IMG/VR virus record: IMGVR_UViG_3300035562_000079
Span: 19,743 to 83,742 of that record
DNA: 64,000 nt
Reading direction: 5' to 3' (one strand)
Source: a virus
Taxonomy: Duplodnaviria; Caudoviricetes
Shown: in pieces, positions 57,581 through 64,000 of the stretch
Layout: the number at the start of each line of letters is the position of its first letter
How positions within the stretch are numbered: the stretch's first letter is position 1
The notes under the pieces: model-generated
What the model was told of the DNA's origin: nothing
Database searches by the model: none
Seen by the model: the letters and a program-made list of their open reading frames with translations, nothing else
Program-made: the position numbers and the translations under genes

Positions 57581-57853
57581 CTAAGCTCTCTTGTTTTTCC
57601 CTTTGTGGGAGATTTCAATCTGCCGGATGTTATCGGGCAGCGAACGGTTCCAGCCTTCCCGCGAGTAATGCCTCACGCCTTTGGCTGGTTCGCCAGTGCT
57701 CAAATCCGAGACAGTACCCCAACATTCAGGATCAGCTTTGCTTGTGAGCCGCATCATGCGGCTCATCTGCCGGTGATCGATTGTCAGCTCGTATCCCATG
57801 CTTGCAGCCATCGATACCAGCTCTAGCCATGTATACCAGCGCCTTTCTCTCAC
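57581..57853 (-). CDS. lxc: Corepressor Lxc
   Basis: W.TV.D..T....GVR....E.W....DN as in P1 Lxc; follows ulx. Confidence 0.7.
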   Translation of the reverse strand: MRERRWYTWLELVSMAASMGYELTIDHRQMSRMMRLTSKADPECWGTVSDLSTGEPAKGVRHYSREGWNRSLPDNIRQIEISHKGKNKRA

Positions 57854-58302
57854 GCTAAAACCCCTCTCAAAGCGATCAGCTTTTCCATCTGATCATCGTC
57901 GCAATAATAAATATATGGCTCGGTATCATCGGCATCAGCATGCACGTCCAGTTCATGCTGTGGTGCATACATTAAGCCGAATTCGATCCGTTCCGCGCTA
58001 TATAGGTGAGCAGCCACCAGGGAGAGCGCTGGCCGAGAAAGACCATAGATAGCTCTAACATCCTGGGCCACCTGATCCCCGAACAAGTTCGAGCCAAAAC
58101 CATCAATCAATAAAGTTTTTACCGTAGGCCACCACGGCCCAAAGGTACGATATAGGGCCGGATTGGCCTTCAGGCGCGACGAAAGGCCAGCAAGGTATGC
58201 TGAGGTGTACTCAAGCTCGCTACGGCCATTGAGGGCTTGCTCATGCAGTATCTCTTCGATGTGGCTTTCTGATGGCTGCATAGTGTCGATCAGTGTTGTC
58301 AT
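57850..58302 (-). CDS. ulx: Antirestriction Ulx
   Basis: RL..NP.LYR.FGP.WP..K and RPAL.L.AA.LYS.ER as in P1 Ulx. Confidence 0.85.
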   Translation of the reverse strand: MTTLIDTMQPSESHIEEILHEQALNGRSELEYTSAYLAGLSSRLKANPALYRTFGPWWPTVKTLLIDGFGSNLFGDQVAQDVRAIYGLSRPALSLVAAHLYSAERIEFGLMYAPQHELDVHADADDTEPYIYYCDDDQMEKLIALRGVLA

Positions 58303-58343
58303 GTTCGATTTGATATGCCCCCTCTCGGGGGCTTCTCCAGTAG

Positions 58344-61300
58344 TTAGCGATATTCAGCGATCGCTGCCATAACATCTTTCAAATCATGCGTGGCAGGAAT
58401 AATCCACCAGCTACCCATAAACTCCATCCCAGAGCGTTTCCCATTCAGGTACTTAGCTCCAAATTCAGACTTGAGTTTATCCTTAGCCTGGTACAGAGCG
58501 CCACCTATCCCATCGCTATCCTGCAAACCATACGCACCATCAGCGGGGAAATCATAACGGTTAGTACCTTTCCCGCCGGTTAATGGCTGGGTATTTTTTC
58601 GGACAGTAATGCTATCCATGCTGGTGGTCGCTTCGGATACTGCCTCATCGGCTTTCACACGCAGTGTCTTCTCAGCTTCTACGCGGTCGGCCTCAGCCTT
58701 AGCCTCTTCTTCGGTTATCAGGCCTGCACGCAATTTTAGTCCCGCCAGGAACGCAGTATTGTCGCTGTTAGCTGCACTGAAGGCTGAGTCAATCATTTTG
58801 GTCGTTTCACCGATCATCGAGCTGTCATAAAAAGCGGATTCGGTGATGCTCTCCTTGTCGATCAACCCCATGATGACCGCGTGCGCATAGAACTCATCCA
58901 GATTATATGCATCGTAGTTAATGGCCCCGAAAGACGATGATTTATACATGGGTGATAACAATAGAGCCGTAGCTCTAAATTCTTTGGCCTTCTCGTAAAC
59001 CGCACTCACAGGTAGCGTCAGATTATCGCCATATCGCAACCAGGCTGCGTGCGCGATGCGCTTCGCTTGCTGGACAACATTTTCATGATGCTCGGCAGTT
59101 TTCTGCCTTGTGGCAGCAGAAAGCACCGGCTGGAAGTCCTCGATGTTTCTGTACTCGCTAGGGATATAGTTTGCTTTAAACGGGGGGATTACATTGCTTA
59201 TGTACTGCGTGGCATCGTATTTCCCTGTAAGCAGGTATTCGCTGTACTGAGACACTTGGCTACCGTCAAATTTCCGATTTTTAAGGTCGGTTTTCTCAAT
59301 CGAACGTGCGATATACGCAGCAACAATCTCATCAATAGCCGCTGGGCTTGCGATCTCCCCGTATTTATTAACCTCGCTACGCCACTCCCGGCCAAATAGT
59401 CCGATAAGGAATGGCTCAATACCTCTCACATTCCGATCAGAGCGGCACCACTTTGCCATAGCAGTTTTAAGCGTATCGTCCTGAGTGTCAGGGTACACTA
59501 CGCTCGCCGCATTTTTGGTTAGCCATTCCATACCTTCACTAGTGATGATCGGGTTAGGGGAATAGGAGCGTGTTATCCGTAAATCATAAGTATCCAGTTC
59601 ACCTGCATCATTGCGATATACCACCCTCGTATCGCTCAGAATCAGCCAGCCATTCGCAAGATATCGCTCAAACTCGCCCTTAGTCATCTGTTCTTCTACA
59701 GAATGCGTGTAGCGCCCTGGGGCGGCCCACGCTCTGAGAGTGGCCTCGGATTCCGGCACATCGCTGTCTCCGCCCAGGTCGGCAAGGACAACCGTCTTAC
59801 CGTTCTCCAGCGAACCCCCTTTGTTGTCTTCAAAGAAAATAACATCAGCAAGACCAGTACCGGCGTCAATGTCGATCGTCCGCAGGCGAATATAGCTTCG
59901 GCTACCTGGGTTCAAGCGGTAAATGCCACCGCGCTTTATCATTCGCCCATATGCCGTCTGAACGTAGCGATCGCCGTGTGTCAGAATATCGGTATCAATG
60001 TTCAGTAACCCTGCCTTGATTGCGCGTTCAATTTCCGGTGAGAGTTGCTTAATTCGGTCGGCCGCTTTCTGCATTCGTAAAGTAACTCGTTCAAGTCGTG
60101 TGACTTCGCGCGTTTCCTTCTGTAATGATTTTTGTATGGCACTTACCCAATCTCGCGCATGTCGTTCCACGCCGGAATACTGCGAACTCATCCCCTTTTG
60201 CACATCATCACGCGCTGCCGCAAGTTTACGCTCGGCCTCTGCCTGACGCGAACGAGCACCGGCTAGTTGCGAGGCAATCGTAGTTGCGCTCTCTTTCTCG
60301 GCATGACTCATCTTGAGGTATTCCGCCAGATTAGCCTCAGCTCGCTGACGGGCTTTCTCTCTTGCAACTGCTTCGGCCTTCGAGCGGGCCTCAGCGACCA
60401 TGCGAGCGTGATCTTCCGGGTTAGCAGCAAGCAGCAGCCGCATTTCTTCCTGGTTATTGGCGTCCGCGTTTGCCATTCGCGCCTTATCCGAGGTGAGAAT
60501 TTCGGTAATCCAGTCCTTTTTACGTTTCAGCGTATTGAGCCGGAATTCGTCAAACGAACCCTTACCACAGTAGTAATGGACACGAACGGAACTGGCTTTT
60601 GAACCCACACGCGCACCACGGCCGTTGCGCTGGTCGATGCTGGCAGGCGTCCACGGCAGAGTTAGATGGTGAACATCACTGGTACCACGGTGAAGGTTGA
60701 TCCCTACTTCGGCCTTTTTATTACAGATCAGGAACGGCGTTCGGCCTTCGTTGTAGTTCGCTGCGATTTGCTCCAACCCGCCAAGGGATACTTCCGTTTT
60801 TTTGGCGATATACTCGTCATACTCCTCTTTGGCCTGGTAGTAGTTCGCTAATTCTTCCTGACTAGCGTCTTCTTTCGGTTCTTTTGGTTCTGCGACAGCT
60901 TTGTGTGCCCTCCCTGTTTTCCCCGCATCAGCGACGGTTGTCGCGTTGAGAATGCCGATCAACGACAGGTCAATTCCGAGAGCATCAGCAATAATGCGCG
61001 CCAATTTTCCATGCTGCGTTTTTTCATCGGTAAATATGATCTGCTTGCCGGTTTTAACCCCTTCTTTCAGATTCTCGACCAGCGCACTGTATTTCGGCGG
61101 TACCGGATGCGATACATCGGATACATGCAAGCCCGCTTTGCCCAAACGTTTCAACACCTCGCTTTCTGCTGCCTCCGACACAACAAGCTGAACGAAATCG
61201 CTGGTGGTTGTAACTTCCGGGGCAACCTTGATCCGCACAGACTTACTGCTATCGTCGTCCTCATCGAGCTTACGACCGACATATTCCGGTAGCAGATCCA

Positions 61301-64000
61301 CGAGCGCAGCCACGGCACTAGCCTTCCCTACAGGAAAGCGGAACGTCATTTGACGGTAGTAAAGGTCTGGGTCTATACAAACTCGATCCATATCGCGGAT
61401 GATGGAGAAAATTGAATCAATTTCTTCTCCTTCATCTGGTTTTTCACCTTTAGAAAGCGCATCGGCCCGCTGGCGCAACTCTTCGTAAATCTCGGCTTGC
61501 TTAGCGGTCATCGGCACCGGAACGTTCCGTTCGTCCAGCTCTGGGATTTTTACAGTATCTGATACATCTTTGGCTGTTTTAAGCGTTGTCCAACGGTGGA
61601 AAATACCACGCAGGCCGTCCAGGTTTTTAAAACCCACAAGCCCCTGCTTACGTTCAATTTCGCCGGAAATCTTCTGGACAGTGACTTCTTCGGTTAAACC
61701 GAACGTTTTCACGAAATCATCCGGCGTGAGAATGCCCATACGCTGCCATTCTTCACTGCTCACGACATGGGATAGCATATTGAAGGCGTCGATCGGTGAG
61801 TTAACCAGCGGAGTTGCTGTCAGAAATACCGGGCCTCGACCACTATTCTTGCTGGTGGTAAAAGCCGTTTTCAACGCCATATCTCGTGCGGTTTTCGCCA
61901 CAGCACCGGTGGGTAGGTAGGCCAACTGTGCGGCCTCACGGCCAGCTGCATAGCTGTTGCGGTAGTTATGCCCTTCATCAACGATGATGCTGTCAAAGTG
62001 CATATCTTCAAAGTACGGAAAGTCCTCTTTTTTGTCCGTACCGGTATCACTGGCACGAGCCAGTATTTTATTACGCTTCGCGGCGTCGCGGTGCTTTCCA
62101 CCGATAAGATCAACACGCCCCATCTGCGCTTCGGCAAACAGGACATCTCGAGCGTGCTCGTCTACGGTATCCTGGCGGAGGGGGATGGCTGCAAACTGCT
62201 CTTTGGTCAAAAGTACCGAGCGATAATTGGACATGGGAATCATGTTCATCCGCTCTTTTATTGTTTCTGGTGAGGCGAGTTTTACTGCGTTGCGGTAAAC
62301 CTGTAGGCCGGTTTTGCTATTAATGGCCGGTTCGCCATTGTCATCAAGCACCGGTACCTGCTTGATAAAACCATCTTCCCCGCGTATCTCATCCAGGCCA
62401 ACGAACAACATGTTATCGAGTGCAGGTTTACTGTAGAACTCCTGCGCTTCGTGATACCAGTTTTCAAGTACAGCTTTTGGCACAACAAAAGCGGTTCGCT
62501 TACTGCGGCCGTTCTCAAAGTTGTACGCTTCCAGGGCTAATCCCACGGTGGATTTACCCAGGCCCGTACCAAACGCAGTGATCCCTCGACCATCCTCGGA
62601 TAACCGGCGCACTTCCGAGTTTTGATATCGGAACGGGATACGATCACCTGATATACCGCTCAGGTTTAGCGATTCCTCGCTATGGCTGTACGGGATAAAG
62701 GCATTGAATGAATCATTGTATTGCTGCACCAGTGCTGATAGTGAATCGTGGCGGCGTATCCACTGATTAAAGTCGTCTTCCAACCCTCGGATCTGCCCCA
62801 GATATAGATCTGCATTAACGCCACGTGGTTTCACACCGTTAAGGTAGTTCTCAAACTGGTCAAGAAAACCATCGCTGTTGCGTACTCGCTTATAAACCCA
62901 TTCTTCCTTACCCGTTTCCTTGTTTTTGGTGCGCACGGATTTATACCGGTAACCGGTAAATATACCGTCGCCGCCGTGGTAGCCATCCTCAGATACCAGG
63001 TCGCCATTTTCTATCTGCACATTTTTGACGTATTTAACATCGCTGTACCCGCGTTCCTGTAAAAACTCCTGGATCACGCTTCGGTCAAACCAGCGGCTGT
63101 TGAGCGAGAAATCTATATCATCAGCATTCGTCCATTTCCGCCGCGCCTTTATCTCGGCCAGCTGGCGATGATAGTTGTCCTTGATCGCACCATCTGGCGT
63201 GCCATCCAGGGCACCTAACAACTGACTATTCAACAGACCAATATCACCGCTGGTGGCCCTATCCATCGGCATAAGCGTGCCGTCAGGTTGGACGGCGATC
63301 CCGTCTTTAGTTGCCAACAGGTTTAATAGCGCCGAGTCACTCGCCGGTAGGTCGCCAGTGAATGCTTCTCGGAAGGAGTTTAGCTCGACCGGATCAAGAT
63401 CAATCTGGTTAAACAAGTGGCGCAACACCTGCTCATGATCCGTGGCGTCGTAGGTTTTCAGATTGCCCTTATCCAGATCACCACGTAGTAGTGCGGATAA
63501 TTCTCCCTCTTTCGTGACGCTGGCCTTGAAGGTAAGCCAGCCTGCGGCACCGTCGCCCGCAACTTTAGCAGAACGTCCCTGGTGTGGATTTCCGTGGGCA
63601 GTGACTTCTTCGCTTACCAGGCGTTGCACATCGGCCAGCTCACGATCAAGCGCCTCCGACTGCCAACCTGTAGCCATTTTTTCTTGCAACGTCTTAATCC
63701 GGGCGCCTATCAGAGATCCCCGTAACACCCGCTCCCGCAAGGCTGGTTTTTGCCGCATGGCAAAGGAAATAGCGAAGTGAAACTCCGTTGGGATCGCGTC
63801 TGGGAAGTTTTGCCAAACAGCTTCCAGCTGCGACGGTGTAAGTGATAACAACCCTTCCGCGTTATTGAGGCGCGTCACCAGGTCGCTGTAGCTCTTTCCG
63901 CCGTACTTGCTCACGTCGATCGTGTCGTAATTGGCCGAATCATCCACCAGCCACCGGCCACCTATAAACTCATACCAAACACCGGAAAAGAGTCGTTTTT
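58344..64000 (-). CDS. darB: DarB antirestriction protein (SNF2-type helicase part; 5' end outside window)
   Basis: GTGLGKS, VDEGH, TATP and QRNGRG.R motifs; more than 1867 aa; upstream of ulx-lxc. Confidence 0.9.
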   Translation of the reverse strand, partial: KRLFSGVWYEFIGGRWLVDDSANYDTIDVSKYGGKSYSDLVTRLNNAEGLLSLTPSQLEAVWQNFPDAIPTEFHFAISFAMRQKPALRERVLRGSLIGARIKTLQEKMATGWQSEALDRELADVQRLVSEEVTAHGNPHQGRSAKVAGDGAAGWLTFKASVTKEGELSALLRGDLDKGNLKTYDATDHEQVLRHLFNQIDLDPVELNSFREAFTGDLPASDSALLNLLATKDGIAVQPDGTLMPMDRATSGDIGLLNSQLLGALDGTPDGAIKDNYHRQLAEIKARRKWTNADDIDFSLNSRWFDRSVIQEFLQERGYSDVKYVKNVQIENGDLVSEDGYHGGDGIFTGYRYKSVRTKNKETGKEEWVYKRVRNSDGFLDQFENYLNGVKPRGVNADLYLGQIRGLEDDFNQWIRRHDSLSALVQQYNDSFNAFIPYSHSEESLNLSGISGDRIPFRYQNSEVRRLSEDGRGITAFGTGLGKSTVGLALEAYNFENGRSKRTAFVVPKAVLENWYHEAQEFYSKPALDNMLFVGLDEIRGEDGFIKQVPVLDDNGEPAINSKTGLQVYRNAVKLASPETIKERMNMIPMSNYRSVLLTKEQFAAIPLRQDTVDEHARDVLFAEAQMGRVDLIGGKHRDAAKRNKILARASDTGTDKKEDFPYFEDMHFDSIIVDEGHNYRNSYAAGREAAQLAYLPTGAVAKTARDMALKTAFTTSKNSGRGPVFLTATPLVNSPIDAFNMLSHVVSSEEWQRMGILTPDDFVKTFGLTEEVTVQKISGEIERKQGLVGFKNLDGLRGIFHRWTTLKTAKDVSDTVKIPELDERNVPVPMTAKQAEIYEELRQRADALSKGEKPDEGEEIDSIFSIIRDMDRVCIDPDLYYRQMTFRFPVGKASAVAALVDLLPEYVGRKLDEDDDSSKSVRIKVAPEVTTTSDFVQLVVSEAAESEVLKRLGKAGLHVSDVSHPVPPKYSALVENLKEGVKTGKQIIFTDEKTQHGKLARIIADALGIDLSLIGILNATTVADAGKTGRAHKAVAEPKEPKEDASQEELANYYQAKEEYDEYIAKKTEVSLGGLEQIAANYNEGRTPFLICNKKAEVGINLHRGTSDVHHLTLPWTPASIDQRNGRGARVGSKASSVRVHYYCGKGSFDEFRLNTLKRKKDWITEILTSDKARMANADANNQEEMRLLLAANPEDHARMVAEARSKAEAVAREKARQRAEANLAEYLKMSHAEKESATTIASQLAGARSRQAEAERKLAAARDDVQKGMSSQYSGVERHARDWVSAIQKSLQKETREVTRLERVTLRMQKAADRIKQLSPEIERAIKAGLLNIDTDILTHGDRYVQTAYGRMIKRGGIYRLNPGSRSYIRLRTIDIDAGTGLADVIFFEDNKGGSLENGKTVVLADLGGDSDVPESEATLRAWAAPGRYTHSVEEQMTKGEFERYLANGWLILSDTRVVYRNDAGELDTYDLRITRSYSPNPIITSEGMEWLTKNAASVVYPDTQDDTLKTAMAKWCRSDRNVRGIEPFLIGLFGREWRSEVNKYGEIASPAAIDEIVAAYIARSIEKTDLKNRKFDGSQVSQYSEYLLTGKYDATQYISNVIPPFKANYIPSEYRNIEDFQPVLSAATRQKTAEHHENVVQQAKRIAHAAWLRYGDNLTLPVSAVYEKAKEFRATALLLSPMYKSSSFGAINYDAYNLDEFYAHAVIMGLIDKESITESAFYDSSMIGETTKMIDSAFSAANSDNTAFLAGLKLRAGLITEEEAKAEADRVEAEKTLRVKADEAVSEATTSMDSITVRKNTQPLTGGKGTNRYDFPADGAYGLQDSDGIGGALYQAKDKLKSEFGAKYLNGKRSGMEFMGSWWIIPATHDLKDVMAAIAEYR

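Larger units (their letters stand above)
1..64000. mobile_element. P1-like phage-plasmid (partial genome)
   Basis: P1-syntenic structural genes, c1, cre, pacAB, lpa, darB/ulx/lxc and an iteron RepA replicon; no host housekeeping genes. Confidence 0.95.

Noticed and set aside
63947-64000. DarB start at 63947
   Set aside because: The frame continues to the window edge; the N-terminal methyltransferase part lies outside the window

Overview
This 64-kb window is most of a P1-like (Punavirus-type) phage-plasmid, only distantly related to P1 itself. Identifications come from recalled motif similarity to P1 proteins plus synteny; no database search was run. Contents in order: (1) tail, baseplate and capsid operons (R, 16, bplA, pmgA, sit, pmgB, tub, pmgC, bplB, pmgG, 21, 22, 23); (2) an iteron RepA replicon; (3) a GNAT/DUF1778 toxin-antitoxin pair; (4) a spanin/upfB/PAAR operon; (5) umuDC with a LexA box, a RelE/HigA-type pair, dam and rdgC; (6) genes 5-6-24-7-25-26, mat and ref; (7) a Cre-like recombinase with its own 34-bp lox-type site, c1, and pacBA with a GATC-rich pac site; (8) a ParM/ParR-type and a ParA/RHH partition system, lpa, and many early accessory genes; (9) lxc, ulx and darB (5'-truncated). 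The most notable observations are a catalytically dead, ATPase-only paralog of the large terminase, a Cre/lox pair whose site differs from loxP and rox as recalled, an Ig domain fused to the major capsid protein, a naturally N-truncated Ref nuclease, two partition systems, absence of the immI/repL and ban modules from their P1 positions, and readable operator and late-promoter motifs.
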